Origin: a virus
Taxonomy: Duplodnaviria > Caudoviricetes
Reading direction: 5' to 3' (one strand)
IMG/VR virus record: IMGVR_UViG_3300022217_000228
Coordinates: 9,347-73,346 of that record
DNA length: 64,000 nt
Part shown: piece after piece, positions 49,654 through 55,938 of the stretch
How positions within the stretch are numbered: the stretch's first letter is position 1
How the letters are laid out: the number at the start of each line of letters is the position of its first letter
Program-made: the position numbers and the translations under genes
The notes under the pieces: model-generated
Told to the model about the DNA's origin: nothing
Seen by the model: the letters and a program-made list of their open reading frames with translations, nothing else
Databases searched by the model: none

Positions 49654-49672
49654 TTCTCAAGAGGCAATAATT

Positions 49673-49753
49673 GCCCATAACGTTCGATGCTACCAGACGT
49701 TTTAATGTTCCGAAGGACAAGCGTCAGCGCCGCTGGTAGCATTTGTTGGCTGC
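49673..49753 (-). repeat. attC-like site E
   Basis: (+) GCCCATAAC-GTTCG-ATGCTACCAG / CTGGTAGCAT-TT-GTTGGCTGC. Confidence 0.82.
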
Positions 49754-49941
49754 TGTGCAGCGTGTTCCGCCATTGCTGCGGCGCATCTATCGGAAAATCG
49801 ATTAAGCGCCGACAATACTCCAGGTTCCAAACAGATACGATCTGTAGGGTTTTCATGATCATTTGCATGTAACCAGATAGCGTATCCATCAAAAAGACCA
49901 TAGACACCATCTCCGAGATAATCTTTCATTACAAATTCCAT
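49702..49941 (-). CDS. Cassette ORF, 79 aa (MEFVMKDYLGDGVY...)
   Basis: Reads into attC E; also in frame with an upstream GTG ORF spanning attC F. Confidence 0.6.
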   Translation of the reverse strand: MEFVMKDYLGDGVYGLFDGYAIWLHANDHENPTDRICLEPGVLSALNRFSDRCAAAMAEHAAQQPTNATSGADACPSEH

Positions 49942-49975
49942 TGCGCCGCCTTTCTGTAAATTTAAGAGCTGCATT

Positions 49976-50078
49976 GAACACAACGTTTCCAGGTTTGGTG
50001 AAGTGCCGCGTGTTTTTGCGGCATTTGCCGAAGGCCGAAGTGAGCTTGCGAACGGAGCACCAAACCTGTGTTGTAAGC
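49976..50078 (-). repeat. attC-like site F
   Basis: (+) GAACACAAC-GTTTC-CAGGTTTGGTG / CACCAAACCTG-T-GTTGTAAGC. Confidence 0.85.
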
Positions 50079-50105
50079 TGTAAACCTGCCCCTGCCTTTT
50101 GCCTT

Positions 50106-50294
50106 TCACGCCGCCGCCTTCTTTTTGTTCTTTTTAAAATATTCCTTCAGTATCACGGATACTGTCTTGTTTCCCGATCTCTCATCCTCTTTCGCCTTTT
50201 TATCTATCATCGTCCAAAGGTTTGATTCAAGATAGATGCTTCGTGACGTCATTTGACTTGTTTTCATATTTTCATCTATTTTGGTGTAAGACAT
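50106..50294 (-). CDS. Ribbon-helix-helix (Arc-like) DNA-binding protein
   Basis: 'SRSIYLESNLWTMIDKKAKEDERSGNKTVSVILKEY'. Confidence 0.6.
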   Translation of the reverse strand: MSYTKIDENMKTSQMTSRSIYLESNLWTMIDKKAKEDERSGNKTVSVILKEYFKKNKKKAAA

Positions 50295-50661
50295 TATGAA
50301 ATATATAAGACTTCCTCTTGCCTTTGTCCTCACTATAAATATTGCTGCTATCACACTTTATTGGAATAGCAATCCAAAGATCATTGTTTTTGTCGGGTTT
50401 ATTATACTTATCCTGCAAAGTTGTATCGAAATGTTGAAATGTCTTACTATTGATATTGACAATTGGCTCAAGTTTAAACTGTATAGAATTGACATCAAGC
50501 TGCTTAGATATCCTTCCAAAAAGGAGAAATACGATGCAAAAGAGAAGAACTATCGTAATAAGGCTAACAGGAGAGTAGTATTCGCTGAACCTGTCTTGAT
50601 AATACTGCAAGTCACGGTTTGTCTCGGTACCTTGTTTATTCTCTTTTGGGGAGCTATTCAT
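50272..50661 (-). CDS. Single-TM membrane protein
   Basis: AGAGG RBS; TM segment LITIVLLFCIVFLLFG. Confidence 0.45.
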   Translation of the reverse strand: MNSSPKENKQGTETNRDLQYYQDRFSEYYSPVSLITIVLLFCIVFLLFGRISKQLDVNSIQFKLEPIVNINSKTFQHFDTTLQDKYNKPDKNNDLWIAIPIKCDSSNIYSEDKGKRKSYIFHNVLHQNR

Positions 50662-50851
50662 TTTTCCTCTATTTTTTAACCTCATCATGCACTATTAAAT
50701 AATGTTAAAAATGATTATTCTTTTCAGTATGAAAACGTTGCTTCCTGGCTATCCGAGAATTATTAATAGCCATTGTTATCATTCATTTTATATTCCTTTT
50801 TATTCTAACTTGTCTTTCGGCGGCGTCTTCCTGTCTTCGGGCAGGTTTTTT

Positions 50852-50984
50852 GCTTACAACGGGTTGCCGCACTCGCCAGCAGTACCCCACCGGAATAGTT
50901 TGCATTACCGGCAGCCTCGCACTTCTCGAACGTAGCGATCTCGTCCCAGAGCTTGAGGTATTGCTGGCTGCGGCTGTTGTACGA
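50852..50984 (-). repeat. attC-like site G
   Basis: (+) GCTTACAAC...CCGCACTCGCCAGCAGTACC / GGTATTGCTGGCTGCGG...GTTGTACGA. Confidence 0.82.
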
Positions 50985-51119
50985 TGTAAAGTGAGCTTCC
51001 TTAGTGTAAGCACAATCCAGCTTCGGAAGAAGTCTAATTTCACTTTTTGAAAAGTGCTACGACTTGAAAGTCCACTGTTTGGTTTAATTGTGCTTATTAA
51101 CATGAAAGCTCACTTTATT

Positions 51120-51264
51120 TTGTACAACGGCTTCAGGCACCCGCCTGCCGTGGCCGATAGAAATCGTCTGCATCTCGAATACAATGATTTGCACCTAAAA
51201 GGCAACACTGCCCCTTTTTATTATCACAATCGTCAGGACATGGCAGGCTGCCTGGGTTAGAAGC
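51120..51264 (-). repeat. attC-like site H
   Basis: (+) TTGTACAAC...GGCACCCGCCTGCCGTG / CATGGCAGGCTGCC...GTTAGAAGC. Confidence 0.82.
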
Positions 51265-51456
51265 TGTGGGCTGGGTTCCGCTGCCTTTTGAAATTTTACG
51301 AAGTAACGTACCACCAAACATTAACGGATAAACACCTACAGCTTGCCCGGCATATAAAAAACTACACTTCCCAGGCTCCTTCAACTCTATTACAACCACA
51401 TCACCGACTTTAGAGTATCCGTTACCAGCTTCTCTATATCCCGGTATATTAATCAT
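51133..51456 (-). CDS. Cassette ORF translating the whole of attC H
   Basis: GGAGG RBS; ...ASNPGSLPCPDDCD...PRQAGA. Confidence 0.6.
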   Translation of the reverse strand: MINIPGYREAGNGYSKVGDVVVIELKEPGKCSFLYAGQAVGVYPLMFGGTLLRKISKGSGTQPTASNPGSLPCPDDCDNKKGQCCLLGANHCIRDADDFYRPRQAGA

Positions 51457-51492
51457 AGTAAAATTTCCTCCAATAAATTTAAGAGTCGCATT

Positions 51493-51650
51493 GCTTCTAA
51501 CGTTTGCGAAACGTGCGCCGTTACTTGAAACACGGTTTATTAGCATAACAATGTAGATTTTTATTTTTAATAGTACATTCATCATAATAACAACACGGCC
51601 TTGCGCTCCATTCTTCGTATTCTAATGGCGCACTTTCTGCTGTTGGATGC
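51493..51650 (-). repeat. attC-like site I
   Basis: (+) GCTTCTAAC...GCGAAACGTGCGCCGTTA / TAATGGCGCACTTTCTGC-T-GTTGGATGC. Confidence 0.85.
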
Positions 51651-51820
51651 TGTTGCTCGGCGCTCCCCTTGCCCTGCCGGGCTTCACCGCAGTACAATTC
51701 CATAACATCAGATACGTATAAATATCCACGCTTATCCCCATGAAAAGCTACCTTCACACTATTTAAACATGCATCGTTTAACTTATTATCGATTAAAAAC
51801 TTCTGTTCCTTAGATCCCAT
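51521..51820 (-). CDS. Cassette ORF reading through attC I
   Basis: ...HPTAESAPL...CCYYDEC...PCFK. Confidence 0.6.
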   Translation of the reverse strand: MGSKEQKFLIDNKLNDACLNSVKVAFHGDKRGYLYVSDVMELYCGEARQGKGSAEQQHPTAESAPLEYEEWSARPCCYYDECTIKNKNLHCYANKPCFK

Positions 51821-51865
51821 AAAAACTACCTTTTACCCGGCCTTTAACATGGCCGCCGAGCAATT

Positions 51866-51948
51866 GCCACCAACGGGTTGCAAAACGTATTTAGTGCGGT
51901 ACGCTCTCATACTGCCTCACCGCGTTGAATACTTTTGCTGTTATGGGC
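51866..51948 (-). repeat. attC-like site J
   Basis: (+) GCCACCAAC...GCAAAACGTATTTAGTGCGG / CCGCGTTGAATACTTTTGC-T-GTTATGGGC. Confidence 0.85.
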
Positions 51949-52622
51949 TGTAGCGCCCGATTCCTTATTTAAAACCGCAATGAGCTGTTCTCCGAGAAAC
52001 TGCGTGTAAGCCGGCGGTATAGCTTGCGTTAACTCTTTCCTCGTCATCCAATCTATGCCCATTGCGTTTCTCCACTCAATGACACTTCCCTTTGAGACAT
52101 CACGCATGACTGTCCCCCATGTTTTCCAACGACCTGCACCACCGGCAACAGAATAATAACCCTCTCCGATACGGCGACCGCGGTGTGATGGATGAGGAGG
52201 AATAAAAAAAAATGACTACAATCAAAATGGCGATGTCTGAAAACTTTTAAACCGAACATTAAACCACATAGCGTTATTGACTTATCAAGCGGAGCGCCTG
52301 GCACGTTTTCAACTACATATGGTATTCCAATTTTTTTTAATTCCGCAAGTGTCGGCGTAAGGTAATCAATATATTTTTTACCTCTGTTACGATGGACATT
52401 GGAAGCAATTGACCATTTCTGACATGGGGGAGAGGCATGTACTACATCGAATTCGTGATGATGATCCCGGAGATATTCCAGTGCATCAGATTGGATAAAC
52501 TCAAATGGATACCGTTTTTGAAAAACAGTATCGACACCTACGATCTGAGTAAAGCCGGCCCTGAAATAACCCTTCGCTGCTCCACCTCCACCACAGTACA
52601 AATCTAAAAGTTTCCAGCTCAT
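51907..52622 (-). pseudogene. C5 DNA cytosine methyltransferase-like cassette gene, frameshifted at a T9 tract
   Basis: 'LLDLYCGGGG', 'HASPPCQ', 'YVVENV', 'RHRHF'; C-terminal 'MGIDWMTRKELTQAIPP' continues in another frame after 52204-52212. Confidence 0.8.
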
Positions 52623-52652
52623 TGCCTATTTATTCTCCAAGAGGGCGGTATT

Positions 52653-52779
52653 GCCTATAACGTCTGATAAACGGGTGAAGTGTCTACCGGGTTTTTCGGC
52701 ACACACCGAGAGGGCTGCCACCTTTGACCTCATAGTATTCATTTGTAGAATCACATTTCACCCTTTATTTGTTGTGTAT
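52653..52779 (-). repeat. attC-like site K
   Basis: (+) GCCTATAAC-GTCTG-ATAAACGGGTGAA / TTCACCCTTTAT-TT-GTTGTGTAT. Confidence 0.8.
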
Positions 52780-52891
52780 TGGTTTTGCGCTTCCGCCATT
52801 TGGCAAAAACGACACACCAACACCATAACATATTTTTAGAATACTCAGTTGCTTCTTTACAGCCTATACACGGACACTTATCTTTTGCCAT
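52751..52891 (-). CDS. Cassette ORF, 46 aa Cys-rich
   Basis: GGGGA RBS; MAKDKCPCIGC...TNTQQIKGEM. Confidence 0.5.
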   Translation of the reverse strand: MAKDKCPCIGCKEATEYSKNMLWCWCVVFAKWRKRKTNTQQIKGEM

Positions 52892-52913
52892 ACAATCCCC
52901 AAAAGCAAAACTT

Positions 52914-53099
52914 GTACACAACGGTTTAGCAAGGCAGAAGTTTGCGACTACAATATGGGCAAAACTGCATACCGTCAATTGACAAAATTGATTGTACCAA
53001 TTCACCACAAGATGTATGAAAAAATCCACCATGCTCATTTTCCTTAATTTCCCACTCGCAAATTTCCGGAGGCGAAAGCTGCCTTGCTTTGTTAGCGGA
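52914..53099 (-). repeat. attC-like site L
   Basis: (+) GTACACAAC-GGTTT-AGCAAGGCAG / CTGCCTTGCT-TT-GTTAGCGGA. Confidence 0.82.
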
Positions 53100-53270
53100 A
53101 TGTAATGCGAGTTCATTAGCTTTTAAGGCGGCAACTATTTCCCGGTGAAAACCACCAAAAAGAGTTCTAAAATATTCACCCTTACCGTCTATCGATAAAT
53201 CAGATATTGCAGTGTTCAAGTAAGCTCCGAGCCTACCATTCCCTGGATCGCACATATTTGATATATCCAC
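52926..53270 (-). CDS. Cassette ORF with attC-loop-encoded Cys domain
   Basis: ...SANKARQLSPPEICEW...TSCG...FCPYCSRKLLPC. Confidence 0.6.
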   Translation of the reverse strand: MDISNMCDPGNGRLGAYLNTAISDLSIDGKGEYFRTLFGGFHREIVAALKANELALHSANKARQLSPPEICEWEIKENEHGGFFHTSCGELVQSILSIDGMQFCPYCSRKLLPC

Positions 53271-53307
53271 TTATTGCCGCCTTTATAATAAATCTAAGAG
53301 CATTATT

Positions 53308-53391
53308 TCCGCTAACGGATTGGCAAAGAGCCGAAGTGCGGTACACTCTCATATTTACTTACCCGCATTTTGGCTTTTGCCTGTTAGCGGT
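53308..53391 (-). repeat. attC-like site M
   Basis: (+) TCCGCTAAC-GGATT-GGCAAAGAGCCGAAGTGCGG / CCGCATTTTGGCTTTTGCC-T-GTTAGCGGT. Confidence 0.88.
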
Positions 53392-53406
53392 TGTTTTGAC
53401 CGCATC

Positions 53407-53724
53407 CTAATTATCCTTTCGGCGAACGGCGGTTACACACTCTCGATACTTAACCATCCAATCGCCACAGTCTTCATGTGCCCACGGATCATCTTTATAC
53501 TGTTCGTACAAGATGGAATCATGTTTCTTTAAATCATCTATAGTTGCATTATAGGCAAGAGGACAATCCCATGAATTACAGCATCCTGGCTCCTGCTTGT
53601 TCTTGAATTTAGACGCACAACCATAACCGCCGTTTGGTATATTATCACCTGTACAAAATAATCCGCATTCTCCAGATAAATTATCAATGTCTATTAAAAC
53701 TGGTACTATGTTTCTATATGCCAT
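53407..53724 (-). CDS. Cassette ORF, Cys-rich hypothetical
   Basis: GGAG RBS; 'GECG...GYGC...GCCNSWDCPLA'. Confidence 0.6.
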   Translation of the reverse strand: MAYRNIVPVLIDIDNLSGECGLFCTGDNIPNGGYGCASKFKNKQEPGCCNSWDCPLAYNATIDDLKKHDSILYEQYKDDPWAHEDCGDWMVKYRECVTAVRRKDN

Positions 53725-53767
53725 ATTTTCTCCAGTGAGCCGAACTACAATCTCAGCGGTCAAAATT

Positions 53768-53932
53768 GCCGCTAACGGTTTAGGTTAAAAGAAGTGCCGC
53801 CATAAAGCAGCGTTACATTCTATACCACCACGCGAAAGGCAAAAGCTGCATCCAGCTACCGGACATTCGGAACATGAGGGCGGCATTTGCGGAGCCGTAG
53901 CGTTAGCGGAGCTTTTAACCTTTGTTGTGTGG
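53768..53932 (-). repeat. attC-like site N
   Basis: (+) GCCGCTAAC-GGTTT-AGGTTAAAAG / CTTTTAACCT-TT-GTTGTGTGG. Confidence 0.8.
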
Positions 53933-54156
53933 GCGCTTCGCCGGACTGGTTTTGTTGACTCCACATTATCCAGTGATTCTATGAAAGCTGCTACTTGACG
54001 CAAGCAATCGGGACGCCACCAAGTTAGATCGTCGCTTATTAGACACCACCTTTTCTTTCGGCTTACCCACTCTTTATGTATACGGCCGATTGCAACTGTA
54101 CGATAACCAAAAACTGTAAACCCTTTATCGTCCGCTTCTATTTTTAGAGCTTTCAT
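53785..54156 (-). CDS. Cassette ORF reading through attC N
   Basis: ...SAHTTKVKSS...CSECPVAGCSFC. Confidence 0.6.
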   Translation of the reverse strand: MKALKIEADDKGFTVFGYRTVAIGRIHKEWVSRKKRWCLISDDLTWWRPDCLRQVAAFIESLDNVESTKPVRRSAHTTKVKSSANATAPQMPPSCSECPVAGCSFCLSRGGIECNAALWRHFF

Positions 54157-54187
54157 AAATCACCTTTAATATGGTTCAACAAAACTT

Positions 54188-54334
54188 GCGCACAACGTCT
54201 CAGGCACCCGCCCGAAGTTGCCGACACAGTTCATCGTAAAACTGCTGAGTTACCCACCTATGACGATCCTCTGCACCAGTAGCCTCAAACATCTCATCGT
54301 GTGTCGGCAATTTTGGGCTGCCTGTGTTGGTGGA
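54188..54334 (-). repeat. attC-like site O
   Basis: (+) GCGCACAAC...CAGGCACCCGCCCGAAGTTGCCGACAC / GTGTCGGCAATTTTGGGCTGCCTG-T-GTTGGTGGA. Confidence 0.88.
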
Positions 54335-54451
54335 AGTAAATTTTTCCTCCACCAGTTTTTTTATGCGGCCCCAAGCCTCCATCGGCCACAATTTGCCATA
54401 GCTAATGACCGCCTCTTCAACATCGGTAATATCCCCTTTGGTTATAAGCAT
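54200..54451 (-). CDS. Cassette ORF translating the whole of attC O
   Basis: STNTGSPKLP...RQLRAGA; same attC-derived peptides as 48347-48628. Confidence 0.6.
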   Translation of the reverse strand: MLITKGDITDVEEAVISYGKLWPMEAWGRIKKLVEEKFTSTNTGSPKLPTHDEMFEATGAEDRHRWVTQQFYDELCRQLRAGA

Positions 54452-54480
54452 ATACTACAATCTCCAGAGAAAAATTTATT

Positions 54481-54647
54481 TCCACCAACGGATTGGCGAT
54501 AACAGAAGTTACGCCGGTTGATAATTACTAAGACAATCTACCGAATTAATTTTCCACATACAATTAAGACCACCAACGCATCGTGAACAATTAGGCGTAA
54601 TTTCCCCTTCGGGCAAGGCTTCCGCCGTGTTATCGCCTGTTGTAAGC
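54481..54647 (-). repeat. attC-like site P
   Basis: (+) TCCACCAAC-GGATT-GGCGATAACA / TGTTATCGCC-T-GTTGTAAGC. Confidence 0.82.
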
Positions 54648-54844
54648 TGTGCTGACGCTTCCCCTTGTTCTGAGTTTGGCACCTCACGGGCAGGGCAATT
54701 ACTCGGTGGTAACATTGACGGGGCAATATCACATGTTTTTCCAGTACACCGTAACTCATCGGATCTTAACCCGCATTCGTCGGTATCACAACACCACCAT
54801 GGGCACTGCCCTACCGTAGAAAAGAAAACTATCGTATACTTCAT
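54509..54844 (-). CDS. Cassette ORF, Cys-rich, reading through attC P
   Basis: AGGAG RBS; QCPWWCC...PSNCP; tail CSRCVGGLNC. Confidence 0.6.
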   Translation of the reverse strand: MKYTIVFFSTVGQCPWWCCDTDECGLRSDELRCTGKTCDIAPSMLPPSNCPAREVPNSEQGEASAQLTTGDNTAEALPEGEITPNCSRCVGGLNCMWKINSVDCLSNYQPA

Positions 54845-54878
54845 TTGACAAACTCCTATGTTCTCAAAAGGAGGCATT

Positions 54879-54959
54879 GATTACAACGTGCTTGCGTTAA
54901 GTAAAGTTGCCTTAGCAATTTGGGAGAACGGAGCGAACTACTTAACGCATGTTGTAAGC
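54879..54959 (-). repeat. attC-like site Q
   Basis: (+) GATTACAAC-GTGCT-TGCGTTAAGTA / TACTTAACGCA-T-GTTGTAAGC. Confidence 0.88.
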
Positions 54960-54991
54960 AGTTCTCTACCGCTCCCCTAATTCAGCGAGGC

Positions 54992-55132
54992 TCACCCCCG
55001 CCAGATACTGCAATCCCATCTCGTTTTATATACTTGTTCGATGGTATCTTCTACTTCCAGTTCGTATATATCTTCGTACCCGCAACGAGGGCACTTTGTA
55101 AATCTTCGTTTCCGCTTTATAGTTTCTTTCAT
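54992..55132 (-). CDS. Cassette ORF, 46-aa zinc ribbon
   Basis: GAGG RBS; MKETIKRKRRFTKCPRCG...; read by hand. Confidence 0.5.
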   Translation of the reverse strand: MKETIKRKRRFTKCPRCGYEDIYELEVEDTIEQVYKTRWDCSIWRG

Positions 55133-55168
55133 TTCAGCCTCGCCTTATAATATGGCCGGTAGATAATT

Positions 55169-55248
55169 GATTACAACGTTAGCGCACAGCCGATGCAGTA
55201 CGCTTACCTGCCTTGCCCGACTGTTTCGGCTTGCGACGTGTTGTTGGC
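55169..55248 (-). repeat. attC-like site R
   Basis: (+) GATTACAAC-GTTAG-CGCACAGCCGA / TCGGCTTGCG...GTTGTTGGC. Confidence 0.78.
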
Positions 55249-55494
55249 TGTAAAAAGTGTTGATACCGCAGATTTCAAGCGGGTTGCTGACTTGCGCTCA
55301 CTTAACCATATGTTAAATACAAGCACATCGACTTCTTGGGTTGTCCACCGCTCCTTACAATCAACACACATCTTACGCCTCCTTATGCTATCAAAGCCCA
55401 TTATTTTAGACTTTCGCGAATCCATAACATAAATTTTAGTACCATCACAATTAGGACATTGTGTTGATGAAGATCCGTCAATAACATTCTTCAA
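55204..55494 (-). CDS. First cassette ORF: NrdR-N-terminal-like zinc ribbon
   Basis: CPNC...VMDSR...SIRRRKMCVDCKERWTTQE mirrors the NrdR pattern CPxC...VxDSR...IRRRRxCxxCxxRFTTxE. Confidence 0.7.
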   Translation of the reverse strand: MKNVIDGSSSTQCPNCDGTKIYVMDSRKSKIMGFDSIRRRKMCVDCKERWTTQEVDVLVFNIWLSERKSATRLKSAVSTLFTANNTSQAETVGQGR

Positions 55495-55533
55495 AGCAAG
55501 CCGCCTTTAATATGTTTTTCAACACTTTTTATT

Positions 55534-55563
55534 GCCTACAACTAGACGTTATGTGAAATATAC
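55534..55563 (-). other. attI-like site (or collapsed attC) at the head of the array
   Basis: (-) TATATTTCACATAAC-GTCTA-GTTGTAGGC: inverted core boxes with a 5-nt spacer and no hairpin. Confidence 0.55.
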
Positions 55564-55809
55564 ATCTCTATTTTTAATGTATTTAGGCGTAAATTGATCT
55601 AGATACTTATCGTCAAAGATTCGTTTTCCGTTCTTATCTTTAAGTGTTTTTAATTTTTCGATCCCGGCTATCAATAGAAATCTACCAGCAGAATGTTTCG
55701 ATCCCTGGTGCCCATCAACAACAGGGTACACCCTTTGAGATTGAAGGTAGCACAATTTTCGGAATTTTTCACTGCACGTTACATGTAATCCTTGTTTATG
55801 ATTATTCAT
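55549..55809 (-). CDS. 86-aa hypothetical protein, probably leaderless
   Basis: ATG lies 7 nt after the -10 box; stop TAA lies inside the attI-like box. Confidence 0.6.
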   Translation of the reverse strand: MNNHKQGLHVTCSEKFRKLCYLQSQRVYPVVDGHQGSKHSAGRFLLIAGIEKLKTLKDKNGKRIFDDKYLDQFTPKYIKNRDVYFT

Positions 55810-55810
55810 A

Positions 55811-55845
55811 TGTATAATTATACACCTAAAAAGTTAAAAAGTCAA
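55811..55845 (-). promoter_or_regulatory. Strong sigma70-like promoter TTGACT-N17-TATAAT with 14-bp palindrome over the -10
   Basis: -35 at 55840-55845, -10 at 55817-55822; palindrome TGTATAATTATACA at 55811-55824. Confidence 0.8.
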
Positions 55846-55938
55846 TAGTTATTTTAATCCAATCGTAATTTCCAGTATTTATAATGCGTACTACCAAGCT
55901 AATTTAGCTCTGTATATTATACTCAGTCATTTTCAAAT

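Larger units (their letters stand above)
47638..55563 (-). mobile_element. Integron-like gene cassette array (about 19 cassettes, no integrase in window)
   Basis: 18 clear imperfect hairpins with AAC/GTT core boxes, one short gene per unit (two in one unit), complementary cassette ends, attI-like head and upstream promoter. Confidence 0.88.

Noticed and set aside
50296-50679. + strand 127-aa hydrophobic ORF as an inverted cassette gene
   Set aside because: It fully overlaps a - strand ORF that has a good RBS and matches the array orientation; treated as antisense shadow, though not excluded.
50783-51103. 106-aa ORF as the gene of the G-H cassette
   Set aside because: It has shadow-like composition and crosses the junction; a more protein-like frame (…EAHFTSYNSRSQQYLKLWDEI…) lacks a start, so this cassette is probably frameshifted and no CDS was called.
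47638-55563. CRISPR array or REP/terminator repeats as the explanation for the repeated hairpins
   Set aside because: The repeats are not identical, spacing is gene-sized (250-900 bp), there are no U-tracts, and the boxes match across cassette bodies rather than within hairpins.
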